From an uncultured Planctomycetota bacterium (GTDB lineage Bacteria; Planctomycetota; Planctomycetia; Isosphaerales; Isosphaeraceae), in the NCBI GenBank assembly GCA_963737655.1, contig CAVTTN010000002.1, positions 4,736,001 through 4,800,000 of the forward strand: DNA of 64,000 nt, given 5' to 3'. The first letter of the stretch is position 1. Each line of letters begins with the position of its first letter. The notes under the pieces were generated by a model that saw nothing but the letters and a program-made list of their open reading frames with translations, searched no databases and was not told where the DNA came from. The translations under genes were made by a program, and so were the position numbers. Of this stretch, positions 40,961 through 51,302 are shown one piece after another.

Positions 40961-41003
40961 GCGTGCCGGTTCGGATGACATGAGAGATTAATGTAAAAAT
41001 CTT

Positions 41004-41039
41004 GAAGACATGCTCACGAAGACGTGAGCATGCCACCCG
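41004..41039. repeat. single REP ACATGCTCACG-AAGA-CGTGAGCATGCCACCC
   Basis: Same family as 22685-22920. Confidence 0.75.
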
Positions 41040-41067
41040 CAGAGGCTTGGCGACGGTCTCGAACCAC

Positions 41068-41119
41068 GCGCGGCCCCGTCTCTCGAACCTCCGCGGAGGG
41101 TCGGGAGACGGGGCCGCGA
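41068..41119. terminator. GC-rich hairpin between convergent genes
   Basis: CGCGGCCCCGTCTC ... GAGACGGGGCCGCG; no U-tract, so function is uncertain. Confidence 0.4.
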
Positions 41120-41142
41120 TGCGGTTGGTGGCCGGGGGCCGG

Positions 41143-41916
41143 TCAGGCGGAGGGGGCCGGAGGCTCGGGCTTGTCGGGAGTCTTCCGCCGGGCCGCGAAG
41201 GCGCCGGCGAAGCCGAGGAGGATCAGGGTCAGGCTGGCCGGCTCGGGGACGGCCGAGGGGCCTCCTCCGGTCGGGTTGACGGTCCCGCCTCCGGCCGGGG
41301 GGACGCCGCCCCCTCCGGTCGGCCCGCCGGAGCCCGGGGTGCCGGCCGACGAGCTCCCGTTGCCTCCGCTGCTCCCGGCCGGGGGCGGGGAGACGGTGGG
41401 GACGCAGACGGTCGAGGTCCGGAGCCGGTCGTCCTCGGCCAGCAACGCCCCGAGCGCCGGGTGGTAGTGGTCGAACCTCGTGGGATCGAGGTTCCTCCGA
41501 TAGTGGAGGTAGCGGTAGTGGGCCGAGTTGGGCAAGAGGCCGTTCATCGGCGTGCACGGGGTGCCCTGGGCGGCCCTCAGGCGCTCATCATTGGCCAGGA
41601 TCGGGCCGAGTCCGGGGTGGTAATGATCGAACCGCGCCGGGTCCACGTCCCTTCGGGCGAGGAGGTAGGCCAGGCGGGTCGTGGCCGGCAAGTCGCCGAA
41701 ATGGGCCGGGATCGGCCCGACCGGGTTCGTGGCCTGGTTGGTGTGCGCCAGGTGCGTCGAATGGACCTGGGCCTTCCAGTCATGGCGGGCCGAGGCGACG
41801 GCCTCGCGCCCCGAAGCGTGGCCGCCCCCGGACGAGGCCCCGAGGGCGTCCGCCCCCGCCAGCGGGGCCATCAGGCCCAGGGCGGCCCGGAACATCGACC
41901 GCACGTACTTTGACAT
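41143..41916 (-). CDS. PEP-CTERM sorting domain protein
   Basis: Signal peptide; C-terminal VPEPASLTLILLGFAGAFAARRK; Gly/Pro linker. Confidence 0.88.
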   Translation of the reverse strand: MSKYVRSMFRAALGLMAPLAGADALGASSGGGHASGREAVASARHDWKAQVHSTHLAHTNQATNPVGPIPAHFGDLPATTRLAYLLARRDVDPARFDHYHPGLGPILANDERLRAAQGTPCTPMNGLLPNSAHYRYLHYRRNLDPTRFDHYHPALGALLAEDDRLRTSTVCVPTVSPPPAGSSGGNGSSSAGTPGSGGPTGGGGVPPAGGGTVNPTGGGPSAVPEPASLTLILLGFAGAFAARRKTPDKPEPPAPSA

Positions 41917-42316
41917 GAGAATACCACGCCTAGATGACGTCTGTGAGTGTGCATTGCGAAAGATGAGCACATGCCGTCCAGTATTTGCAAGTCGCGTGCC
42001 ATCAACCAAGACTCGCCGGATCGGCGGCCTCGGGCCCACGGGCTACATACAGGAGATGCGGCCGCCCGTGACCTCCAGCATCCATCCAGGCGAGCATTTG
42101 CGGAATTCGAAGGACTTTGATGCGTAATGTTTTGTTTTGCGTGGCTTTCCGCTCGGATCCGTGAGGATTCGAGTTCCCCAGTGGCGAGAAGCGGGCTGCG
42201 CAGTCGTCCGGATCGGAAGAGACGGCGATTTCCGGGCCGGGTCGCGTAGGATGAGGGGGTGGGGATTCCGCGGGGCGAGGGGTCGAGTCGGGACCGACGG
42301 GAGGGAGGCGGGGAGG

Positions 42317-43450
42317 ATGAAGACGCTGGCCGGGCACGTGGCGACCGCCCTGATCACGCTGACGGTCGTCCTGATGTGGCTGGGGGACCGGGGGCGGCCG
42401 GGCGGGGATCGGGTCGAGGGGTCTCGGGAGGCGGAGTATGTGCCCTCGGCCGTGCCTCCGCCGCTGCCGGCGGCCTCCGACCTGGATGAGCAGATCAACA
42501 TCCGCGTCTACGAGGCCGACAACCGGGGCGTGGTGAACATCACGGCGAGCTCCGGCGGCTCGGGCCTCGTGGACGACGAGCCGGGCGGGGGGACGGGCTC
42601 GGGGTTCGTCCTGGACCGCCGGGGGCGGATCGTCACGAACTTCCACGTCGTCTCCGGGGCCGACTCGCTGGAAGTGACCCTGTTCGACGGCTCGACGGTG
42701 CCGGCGAGCGTCGTCGGGGTCGATTCGTCGAACGACGTGGCGGTGGTGAAGGTGGACGTGCCCGAGGCCAAGCTATTCCCCCTGGCCCTGGGGGAATCCT
42801 CGGGTCTGAAGGTCGGTCAAAAGGTCCTGGCGCTGGGCAACCCGTTCGGGCTCCAGAGGACGCTCACCACGGGCATCATCTCGAGCCTGGACCGGACGAT
42901 CCGGGCCAAGAACGGCCGGACGATCAAGGGGATCATCCAGACCGACGCGGCGATCAACCCGGGGAACTCGGGCGGGCCGCTGCTGAATTCGCGAGGCGAG
43001 GTGATCGGCGTGAACACGGCGATCCTGAGCCACGTCGGGCAGTCGGCGGGGATCGGGTTCGCGGTGCCGATCAACACGGTCAAGCGCGTGCTGAAGCCCC
43101 TGATCGAGCACGGCCACGTCGTCCGGGCCGACCTGGGCTTGCGGCAGGTCTACCCGACGGATCGGGGGATCTTCATCCTCGATCTGGTCGGCGGAGGGCC
43201 CGCCGAGCAGGCCGGGCTGAAGCCGTTGCCGCTGGTCATCGAGCGGTTCGGGCGCTATTACCGGAAGAGGCCCGATCCCGACTCGGCCGACCGGATCGTC
43301 GCCATCGACGGCAAGCCGGTCAAGACGGTCGACGAGATGCTCTCGGAGGTCGAGGCCCACAACCCGGGCGACGTGGTGACGGTCCGGGTGATCCGCGAGG
43401 GCAAGGCCCGCGACGTGCCGGTGACCCTGGGGCAATCCGAAGGCGGATGA
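42317..43450 (+). CDS. HtrA/DegP-family serine protease with PDZ domain
   Basis: GTGSGF, TNFHV, DVAV, IQTDAAINPGNSGGPL. Confidence 0.93.
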   Translation: MKTLAGHVATALITLTVVLMWLGDRGRPGGDRVEGSREAEYVPSAVPPPLPAASDLDEQINIRVYEADNRGVVNITASSGGSGLVDDEPGGGTGSGFVLDRRGRIVTNFHVVSGADSLEVTLFDGSTVPASVVGVDSSNDVAVVKVDVPEAKLFPLALGESSGLKVGQKVLALGNPFGLQRTLTTGIISSLDRTIRAKNGRTIKGIIQTDAAINPGNSGGPLLNSRGEVIGVNTAILSHVGQSAGIGFAVPINTVKRVLKPLIEHGHVVRADLGLRQVYPTDRGIFILDLVGGGPAEQAGLKPLPLVIERFGRYYRKRPDPDSADRIVAIDGKPVKTVDEMLSEVEAHNPGDVVTVRVIREGKARDVPVTLGQSEGG

Positions 43451-43543
43451 ACCGGCAGGCCTTCATGGAACGCGAGGAAGGACGCGATCCGCGGAGGGCG
43501 CGGATCGCGTTTCTTCCCGGTTTTTCCGGCGGCTGGTGGGATT

Positions 43544-43672
43544 TTCGATGGAGCGTGGCGGTTGACTTCCGACCAGACCTCTGCGCCCCTCGTAGGGCAG
43601 GCCCTGGCCTGCCGTCGGTCTCGGCAGGCCAGGGCCTGCCCTACGAATGGTCAACCGCCACGCTCCATCGAA
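43544..43672. repeat. nested REPIN: 23-bp outer inverted repeat around a GTAGGGCAGGCC doublet
   Basis: TTCGATGGAGCGTGGCGGTTGAC 43544-43566 with exact complement 43650-43672; inner IR 43590-43646. Confidence 0.85.
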
Positions 43673-43679
43673 GACCGCG

Positions 43680-45605
43680 CTACTCTTCGGTCAAGCGGGC
43701 CAGGGCGGGGACGGCGTCGAACGGCTCGGCGGAGGGCTGGACGTGGGTGTAGTCGTGGACCAGCGCCCCGGTTTGCCCGACGAAGAAGTTGTGGCCGGCG
43801 GCCACTTCGAGGTTGAACACCGGCTGGACCTTGTTCGGCGAGACGCTCCGGACGGTCTCGGTGCCGTTGACGGTCCGCACCGAGTCGCCCGGCTTGAGGT
43901 CCCGGGCCATCACCCAGCCGTGACCCGCCTTCCAGAAGCGGTGGATGCCGGTCGCGACGATCGTTTCGTCGCCGATCTTGACGTCCAGGGTGGCGGCGGG
44001 CTTGTTGTGGTAGGCGGCGACCACGGGGGCGAACTGGAGCTTGCCCGAGGCCACGTCCCGCGTCAGGACATCGTCGCCGACCTTGATCGACTCGATCGGC
44101 CGGAGGCCGGATCGGGTCGTCACCGGGGTCCCCTCGGCGAAGCAGGCGCTGTGGGTCCGGGCCTGGATGTAATTGGGCGCGTAGTTCAGCGGGACGGCCT
44201 GATCGAAGGTGGGCTTCATCGTGGTCCGGGTGGACCCGGAATCGACGGCGTAGCCCTGCTGGTCGGCCCACCACTGGCTCCAGGACTCGCGGTCGGAGCC
44301 GAGGTCCGTGCCGGTGGCGGCCGAGAGGAGGTTGCGGACGCCGTCGTTCCAGACGCGGGCCTCGTCGTTGGCGCGGTCGATGGCGGCGGCGTCGTCGAGC
44401 ATCTGCTGCTGGGCGGCGGCGGTGGCCTTCTGGGCCTCGGCGATGTTCTGGACGATCGCCGCCTGCCGGCGATCCTGGAGGTTCCTCGCGCCGGCCTGGA
44501 GGTCGGCCGGGACCTGGGGGTTGGTCGCCTGGAGGAAGCGGACCTCGGTGGTATCGACGGGGATCACGACGCCCTCGGCCCTCTGGGCGAGGAACTGGCG
44601 GGTCTGCTCGGGCAGGGGCGGCGGGTCGTAGGTCCGGCGGACGTTGTATTCCTTCCCTTCGACGAACAGGACGCCCGGCGACCCGGGGCCTCCGACTCGG
44701 CGGATCTCGTACTTCAGGACCTCGCGGAACGCCTCGATCACGGCCGGGACGAAGTCGCGGGCGTCGCGGCGGGCGAGGGTCTCGATGGCCGCCCGGCGGA
44801 CCTCGGCCGAGCCGCCGTGGAGGGCCAGGACGACGAGCTCTCTGGACGCCGCGGGCCCGTCGATCTGGCCGAGCACCTGGACGGCCTTCGCCTGGTCGGC
44901 CTCCCGGCCGGAGCCGAACACCTTCATCACGGCCGAGGCGGCGCGGGGGTCGGTGAAGGCGGCCAGCGCGGCCTCGGCGACGTCGTGCCTCTTCTTGTCG
45001 CCCAGCCAGGCCCTGAGCTTGGCCAGTCGGGGGACGGCCCGCTTCTCGGAGATCTCTCGGGCGCGGTTCTCCGAGGACCTCCGGGCGATCTCCTCGGGCG
45101 AGAGCCATCGGCCGTCGATCTTCTTGCAGCCCAGGCGGGCCCAGGCGGCGTCGCGCCTGGGGTCCAGCCGGGTCACGGCCGTGTAGTGGCTGCGGGCCTC
45201 GGCGGTGAGCCCCTGCTTGTCGCACCAGGCGGCCAGCTTCCACTGGGCGTCGGCGGTGTTGGGGGTCTCGGCCTTGCGGGCGTTGTACTCGGCGAGACGG
45301 GCGGCGAGGCGGGCGTCGGCGGCGGTCTTCTCGCCGACGTCGGCGGGGTCTCGCCAGCGGCCGCCGTCCCTGACCTGGCCGAGCAGCCCCCGGGCCGATT
45401 CGTTGGTCGGTTCGGCCATGACGGCCAGGGCCAAATGGGTCCGCCTCTCGGCGTCCATCCCGTGCTTCTCGCACCACAGGGCCAGGCGGACGTGGGCCGA
45501 GGCGTCTCGGCCGGCGGTCGCGGCGGCGGCCTTGTAGGCGGCCACTTCCTCGGATGACGCGGGCGGGGTCACCGCCAGGAGCAAGCTGCAAGCCAGGGCG
45601 ATCAT
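43680..45605 (-). CDS. secreted HEAT-repeat protein with C-terminal HINT domain
   Basis: Signal peptide MIALACSLLLAV; repeated LAxWC helical unit; SA|CFAEGTPV, IESIKVGD, TGIHRFW, VFNLEV..GHNFFVG...LVHD. Confidence 0.88.
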   Translation of the reverse strand: MIALACSLLLAVTPPASSEEVAAYKAAAATAGRDASAHVRLALWCEKHGMDAERRTHLALAVMAEPTNESARGLLGQVRDGGRWRDPADVGEKTAADARLAARLAEYNARKAETPNTADAQWKLAAWCDKQGLTAEARSHYTAVTRLDPRRDAAWARLGCKKIDGRWLSPEEIARRSSENRAREISEKRAVPRLAKLRAWLGDKKRHDVAEAALAAFTDPRAASAVMKVFGSGREADQAKAVQVLGQIDGPAASRELVVLALHGGSAEVRRAAIETLARRDARDFVPAVIEAFREVLKYEIRRVGGPGSPGVLFVEGKEYNVRRTYDPPPLPEQTRQFLAQRAEGVVIPVDTTEVRFLQATNPQVPADLQAGARNLQDRRQAAIVQNIAEAQKATAAAQQQMLDDAAAIDRANDEARVWNDGVRNLLSAATGTDLGSDRESWSQWWADQQGYAVDSGSTRTTMKPTFDQAVPLNYAPNYIQARTHSACFAEGTPVTTRSGLRPIESIKVGDDVLTRDVASGKLQFAPVVAAYHNKPAATLDVKIGDETIVATGIHRFWKAGHGWVMARDLKPGDSVRTVNGTETVRSVSPNKVQPVFNLEVAAGHNFFVGQTGALVHDYTHVQPSAEPFDAVPALARLTEE

Positions 45606-46233
45606 CGACGTCCCTCCGCGAAAGGCGATCGGACGGGCCCCGACGAGAGGACGGGATGGGACGGCAAGCGCCGTGCCCTCCCGAGAGGGCCGAGATGAGA
45701 GGGGAACCCGGGGCGGACCGAACCAGGATGTCCGGGGCCTCCGGTGCCGTCCCGAGTGTGACGACCTACCATCAAGGATGCAATCGAAATCCGGACGAAT
45801 TCGGATTCGAAGCGGGTAGAGAGGGTGTAGCTCCCGAATCTGGAGTTTTTTCGGGTGCCCCCGGTTCGAGAACCGGGGGCACGCCAGAAGCTCCAGATTC
45901 CAGAGCGATACCCAGGGAGAGAGCCGGGGCCCCGCGGATTCGGGACAACCGATCGGTCCCGCCCTCCTCAGACGCCCCCCGGCGGCGCCGAGTTCCCTCG
46001 ACCCGGGCCGATTCGCAACGGGCCCGGCGAACGTCCCTCGCAAGACAGAGCGGACGGACCGCCCCGATCCGGACGCGGGAAGCGCCGATCGCGCCGATCG
46101 CCCCGATCGGAGGGGGCGCGGGCCGGGGCCGGGGCCTCCGGGGAGTGATCCGCAACGGATCGAAGTTCGATAGAACATTCGCCGGGCCAGGGACGGGCCC
46201 GAGGGACCGTGGACGGACCAGGGAGGGCGCGCG

Positions 46234-47685
46234 ATGAGTGAGGACGGCGGCAGGAGGCTCTCCGGTCGGATTCGGGCCGTCGTGGCGGCGGTGGCCGTGG
46301 CGGTCGGGGGCCTGGAGGCCCGGGCCCAGGCGCCGCCTCCGGCGGGAGCCGGGTCGCCCGGGGGCCCGGCGGCGAGCCCGGCGACGGCCCCGAGCCGGCC
46401 GTCGGCCCCGTACCAGCCCGCCTCGGGCCCTCCGCCGACGGACGGCTCGACGACCGACGAACCCGCGTTGCCCGCCGCGCCCTCGGGCCCGATGGGGCGA
46501 GTCGCCGGGGTCCTGCCCCTGCCCTTGCCGGGCCGGGCGAGCCGGGGAATCCCGCCTCCGGGCCAGCCCGGACGGTCCGGCCGCCCTCGACCCGGCAGCA
46601 TCTTCGACCCCGGCGCCGCCGGGCCCGGGATCAGCCAGTCCGGGACCGAGAATTTCCTGGATGGCGCCCTCGACCCGAAGACCGGATGGCCCTTCGTCTT
46701 CCTCGACCACTTCGCCCCCAGGCCCGAGCGGGTGCGGAACCTCTGGATCGTCCAGACCCGCGCCTGCCCCCAGGAGATGGGTTCCGACCCCTGGCCTTGC
46801 CTGAAGGTCAAGCACTTCAACGACGACGGCAGCCTCGTCGAGCGTCCGTTGGCGGAGCTCCTGGCCCAGACCATCGGCCGCCCCGTCCTGATCGTCGTCC
46901 AGGGGAGCCTGACCACGGCCGACGCGGCCCTCGGCGGCCTCCTCTGGACGCATAGCTGGCTCCAGGCCGATGGCGCGATCCTGCCCGAGACCGTCGTGAT
47001 CGCCTTCGACTGGCCGAGCCAGCGGATCTATCGCAACGACTTCAAGGACATCAACGAGAAGGGCCGTCGGGCGTTCATCGCCGGCTACCACCTCGCCCGG
47101 TTCGTCCTGGCATTCCCCCCCGAGAGCCGGATTTGCCTGCTGGGCCAGAGCTACGGAGGCCGAGTGGTCCCCTCGGCGCTCCACCTCCTGGGCGGAGGCG
47201 CGCTGGACAGCGAGTCGCACGACCCGGCCGTCGCCCTGCCCGGGGTTCGGCCCGACCTCCACCTCCGAGGGATCATCCTGGCCGCGGCGAGCGACCATAC
47301 CTGGCTCGACCCGGGCGAGCGGTTCGACCGTGTCCTGTACGCCTCGGAGGCGTTCCTGAACCTGTACAACCGCCGGGACGAGGCGCTGAGGTTCTACCCG
47401 GCCCTGATCCGCAGCGACCACCACCACGCCCTGGGCAAGCTCGGCCTGAAGAACTCGGATTTCGAGACGCTCGGCCCCCTGGCGGCGAGGTATCGAGAAT
47501 CCGACGTCCACGACGACCTCGGCCGCGAACATACGTTGCTCGACGCCACGGCCAACCGCCGGATCGCCCGATTGATGGCCCCCTACGCCTGGGCCCCCGA
47601 CCCCGGCCCCCTGCCCCAGCGCGACATGACCGAGCCCGACCGCTATCAGGGCAACCTGTTCACCGGCAGACGACGGGTCAAGTGA
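46234..47685 (+). CDS. secreted alpha/beta hydrolase (DUF900-like)
   Basis: FDWPS, LLGQSYGG nucleophile elbow, YNRRDEAL; Pro-rich N-terminus. Confidence 0.8.
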   Translation: MSEDGGRRLSGRIRAVVAAVAVAVGGLEARAQAPPPAGAGSPGGPAASPATAPSRPSAPYQPASGPPPTDGSTTDEPALPAAPSGPMGRVAGVLPLPLPGRASRGIPPPGQPGRSGRPRPGSIFDPGAAGPGISQSGTENFLDGALDPKTGWPFVFLDHFAPRPERVRNLWIVQTRACPQEMGSDPWPCLKVKHFNDDGSLVERPLAELLAQTIGRPVLIVVQGSLTTADAALGGLLWTHSWLQADGAILPETVVIAFDWPSQRIYRNDFKDINEKGRRAFIAGYHLARFVLAFPPESRICLLGQSYGGRVVPSALHLLGGGALDSESHDPAVALPGVRPDLHLRGIILAAASDHTWLDPGERFDRVLYASEAFLNLYNRRDEALRFYPALIRSDHHHALGKLGLKNSDFETLGPLAARYRESDVHDDLGREHTLLDATANRRIARLMAPYAWAPDPGPLPQRDMTEPDRYQGNLFTGRRRVK

Positions 47686-47717
47686 GAGGCGCTCCGAAAA
47701 TCCCTCTTGCGGGGGAT

Positions 47718-47799
47718 GGATCAGCAGGTCCGACTTCAGTCGGGCCTCCGAACCCGAGATTCTTCTCGTCGGCCCGACTGAAGTCGGACCTACTGATCC
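47718..47799. repeat. REP doublet AGGTCCGACTTCAGTCGGGCC
   Basis: Inverted pair 47718-47746 / 47771-47799; same family at 51388-51470. Confidence 0.85.
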
Positions 47800-47892
47800 T
47801 CTCTTCGCCGTCGGAAATCACCCGGCCGGATCGCCTCCGAGTCGCCCGCGGGCCCGGCCGATCGACGAGGCCCTCGGCGAGTCGCTCGAGGC

Positions 47893-50397
47893 TCAGGGCC
47901 GGGCGGTCCGGTAGGCGATGGCCCGCCGGACCGCCGGGGGCATCGGGGCGTCTTCCCCCTTGATCGCCTTCCAGAGGATCTCATTCAGCTCGAAATCGTC
48001 CACGCGATCATATTCCGAGAAATCCATCTTCGCCGACCTGGCCGCCCCGAACGCCTTGACCGTGTTCTTCGCGTTCAGGTCGATCCTCGGCTCCTCGTGG
48101 GCGAAGCCGGAGAGGTCCGCGCGGTCGGTGAAGCAGCGATACATCGGCGTGGCCGCGGCGTCGAACTGGCTGAGCGGCTTGAGCCCGAGGATCAATTCCA
48201 TCGTCCGGAGCATGCTGACGGTGCCGTACTGGGTACTGTCCAGCACCTTTCTCCGGGCGAAGGGGCTGATGACCAGGCCGATCGTCCGGTGGGCGTCCAC
48301 GTGGTCGGGCCCGTTCTGGGCGTCGTCCTCGATCACGAAGATCGCGGTCTTCGGCCACGATTTCGACTTCGTGACCGCCTCGACGAGTCGGCCCAGCGCC
48401 AGGTCATTGCTCGCCACGCACGCCTCGGGCGTGAACGTCCCGGGAGTCGTGCCGGTGGTGTGGTCCTCGCCCAGGCTCATCACGGTGAACCTCGGCAGGG
48501 TGCCGGCGGCGTCGTCCTTGCGGAACTCCTCCAGGAACGTCTCGACGCGGTCGGTGTCGCGGACCGGCGTTTTGTCCGGCTTGGGCAGGCCCCAGTTCGG
48601 GCAGAAGTGGCCGACCAGCCCCGGCACGGCCCCCTCCATGCGGAACGAGCCGTCGGGCTCGCTGACCCTCCGCCCGTATTCGCCGTAGCTCCGGTACGAC
48701 AGCCCGGCCGCCTTGCACGCGTCCCACAGATAGCCCGACGGCGCCCTGGCCAGGTCGTGGTCGTCGTCGTCCTCGATCCCGGCGCGTCGCGAGTACGTCA
48801 GGGCCCAGTTCCTCGCGATGTAATCCGTGTTGTACGCCATCGTGGACCAGGGATGGCCGTCGGCCGAGACGTGGCCGTTGCAGTACAGGTTGTCCAGGAG
48901 GACGAACTCCTCGGCGAGCTTGTGGTGGTTCGGCGTCACCTTCTCGCCGAACATGCAGAGCGACGGGTCGCCGTTGCCCCGCTTGACGTCGCCGAAGACC
49001 TGATCATACGTCCGGTTTTCCTTGATGATGTAGATCACGTGCTCGATCGGGGACGGGTCGCCGACCTTCGTCGGGATCGCCGTCTTGAGCTCGGTCGGCG
49101 AGCCTTCGAGGAGCTTGTCGGAGTACGGGCAGTTCTTGTAGACGGCCTCGGTGAACGCGGCCAGGGCCTTGTCGTCGGGGATCGGGACGATCGACAGGGC
49201 GCCGGAGAGCGTGGTGCCGATGTACGGATATTTGCCCAGCCACATGAGCGATTCTTCGGGGATCGCCTTCGTCCGCCGGGCCTCCTCGACCTTCGCCGCG
49301 AACTCCGCGTTGAACGGGTTCGCCTTCGTCTGGTTCCCCTTGCCGACGCCCACCAGCAGCGTCTTGCCGTCGGGCGTGACGGCCACCGACGAGGGATACC
49401 AGCCCGTCGGGATGAACCCCTTCACGGCGCTCCGGCCGGGCGCCTCGACGTCGATCACCGCGACGCAATTGTTGTCGGCGTTGGCGACGAACAGCGTCTT
49501 GCCGTCGGGCGAGACGGCCAGGGCGTCGGGCGTCGAGCCTTCCGGGGCCCGGGGGAACAGGGCCGTCGAGATCGTCTCCACCACCGCGTCCTCCTTCGGG
49601 TCGATCGCCGAGACCGAGTTGCTCGACGCGCAGGCGACGAACACCCGGCCGTCGGTCGGGTGGATCGCGACCTGGTTCGGGTGCTCGCCCACGGCGATCG
49701 TGGCCGAGAGCGCGAGCGTCTCCGGGTCGAACGCGCGGACGCTGCGATCGGCCCAGTCGGAGACATAAAGGCGCTTGCCGTCCCGAGAGAACTTCACATC
49801 ATACGGCCTCTGGCCCACCCAGGCCGTCGCCGGGACGTCCTTCGAGCCGATGACCTCGCGGCGGAGGAGCCCGGCGGAGACGTCGAGCGAATAGAGCCGT
49901 TTCCCCTCGGGGTCGAGCGTCAGGCCCGAGCGGAAATGCTCCTTGGTCGAGCGGTCGGGCTTCGGCTCCTCGGCGCCGACTCGGGCGATCGTGTCGCCGT
50001 CGCGGCGGAACTCGTGGGTCAGGGCCGCCCCGCCGCCCGACCACCACACTCGGCCGGCCTTCTCGTCGCTGGCCAGGCCGAACCAGCTCTGCTTGACCGT
50101 CGCGGACGAGACCTCGGCCTTCTTCGCCAGGTCGATCACCGAGAGCTTGTGGTCATTGAACCCGCTGGTGGCGACCAGGGCCGTCTTCGAGTCGGCCGAG
50201 GGGAGGATGTTGAGCGGCAGGTCGTTCAGGAGGACCTGATCGCCGGCCGGCGTGAGCGTCCAGCCGTTGGGCAGGAGGAAGCCGCGATCGGTCGGGCCGG
50301 CGACGCGGGGCTTCTCGGCGTCCTGGGCGATCGAGCCGAGCGCGAGGACGACGAGCAGGGAGGCCGCAAGGGCCGAGATCCGGGGGATGCGCACCAC
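47893..50397 (-). CDS. YncE-type beta-propeller fused to phosphoesterase/alkaline phosphatase domain
   Basis: Signal peptide; PTGWYP; HVIYIIKENRTYDQVFGD, SADGH, EDDAQNGPDHVDAHR; start uncertain. Confidence 0.9.
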   Translation of the reverse strand: MVRIPRISALAASLLVVLALGSIAQDAEKPRVAGPTDRGFLLPNGWTLTPAGDQVLLNDLPLNILPSADSKTALVATSGFNDHKLSVIDLAKKAEVSSATVKQSWFGLASDEKAGRVWWSGGGAALTHEFRRDGDTIARVGAEEPKPDRSTKEHFRSGLTLDPEGKRLYSLDVSAGLLRREVIGSKDVPATAWVGQRPYDVKFSRDGKRLYVSDWADRSVRAFDPETLALSATIAVGEHPNQVAIHPTDGRVFVACASSNSVSAIDPKEDAVVETISTALFPRAPEGSTPDALAVSPDGKTLFVANADNNCVAVIDVEAPGRSAVKGFIPTGWYPSSVAVTPDGKTLLVGVGKGNQTKANPFNAEFAAKVEEARRTKAIPEESLMWLGKYPYIGTTLSGALSIVPIPDDKALAAFTEAVYKNCPYSDKLLEGSPTELKTAIPTKVGDPSPIEHVIYIIKENRTYDQVFGDVKRGNGDPSLCMFGEKVTPNHHKLAEEFVLLDNLYCNGHVSADGHPWSTMAYNTDYIARNWALTYSRRAGIEDDDDHDLARAPSGYLWDACKAAGLSYRSYGEYGRRVSEPDGSFRMEGAVPGLVGHFCPNWGLPKPDKTPVRDTDRVETFLEEFRKDDAAGTLPRFTVMSLGEDHTTGTTPGTFTPEACVASNDLALGRLVEAVTKSKSWPKTAIFVIEDDAQNGPDHVDAHRTIGLVISPFARRKVLDSTQYGTVSMLRTMELILGLKPLSQFDAAATPMYRCFTDRADLSGFAHEEPRIDLNAKNTVKAFGAARSAKMDFSEYDRVDDFELNEILWKAIKGEDAPMPPAVRRAIAYRTARP

Positions 50398-50513
50398 GAT
50401 GGCCGTCTCCGGGTGGGGATCGAATCGCGATCGAGTCGGTCGGGCGATGGTCGGTCGCCCATCGTCACCGATCGCCCCCGGGGCGTCCAATGCGTTTTTC
50501 GAGAAGATTGCGG

Positions 50514-51286
50514 CTACCGCACGGCCTCCACCGCGTTGCGGAAGATCCGCAGGCCGTCCCCTTCGGCCCTGGGTCCGAGCCGGGTCCATCGGGGGTGATG
50601 GTACGGGTCGATGAACCGCTCGGGATGGGGCATCAGGCCGAAGACGCGGCCCGAGGGGTCGCACACCCCGGCCGCCGCCCGGGCCGAGCCGTTGGGATTG
50701 GCGGGATAGGCGTCGGTCGGACGGCCGCTTTCATCGACATACTTCAGGACGATCCGATTCGAGGCGTCCAGGGCCTCGACCGCGGCGCCGTCGGAGGCGA
50801 GGAACCGGCCCTCGCCGTGGGCCACGGGCAATTCGAGGGGTTCGTCGTCGGCGAGGAACGGGGTCGAGCCCTTCGCGGGCTTCAGCCGGACCCATCGGGC
50901 CTCGAACCGGCCGGAGGCGTTGCGGGCGAGGGTCGTCGGCCCGCTCGGATCGCCGCCCGGGAGCAGCCCCGCGCGGACGAGCACCTGGAACCCGTTGCAG
51001 ACGCCGAGGATCAGCCTGCCGCGATCGCGGAAGCGATGAAGGGCCTCGCCGAACGGCGCCGCCAGCTTCGAGGCGAAGACCCGGCCGGCGCCGAGGTCGT
51101 CGCCGAACGAGAACCCGCCGGGGATCGTCAGGACGGCGAAGCGATCGAGCGCCCCGGGCCCTCCTCGACCAGCCGAGCCAGGTGCCACGTCTCGGGATCG
51201 GCCCCGGCGGCCGACCACGCCGCCGAGGTCTCCTCGTCGCAGTTCGTCCCGGGGGCTCGAAGGATCAAGGCGCGAGGTCGGGGCAT
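50514..51286 (-). CDS. purQ: phosphoribosylformylglycinamidine synthase subunit PurQ; one-base frameshift about 51153
   Basis: MPRPRALILRAPGTNCDEE joins PGGFSFGDDLGAG, GVCNGFQ, AHGEG, NPNGS, MPHPER; span of 773 nt is one short of a multiple of 3. Confidence 0.93.
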
Positions 51287-51302
51287 GGTCCCTCCTGAGT
51301 GA

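Noticed and set aside
43680..44160. HINT domain as a mobile intein or polymorphic toxin
   Set aside because: No homing endonuclease, no terminal Asn followed by Cys/Ser/Thr, no toxin domain or immunity gene
51151..51160. purQ and other frameshifts as programmed recoding
   Set aside because: No slippery heptamers; short G/C runs with single-base loss recur across unrelated genes, which fits sequencing error
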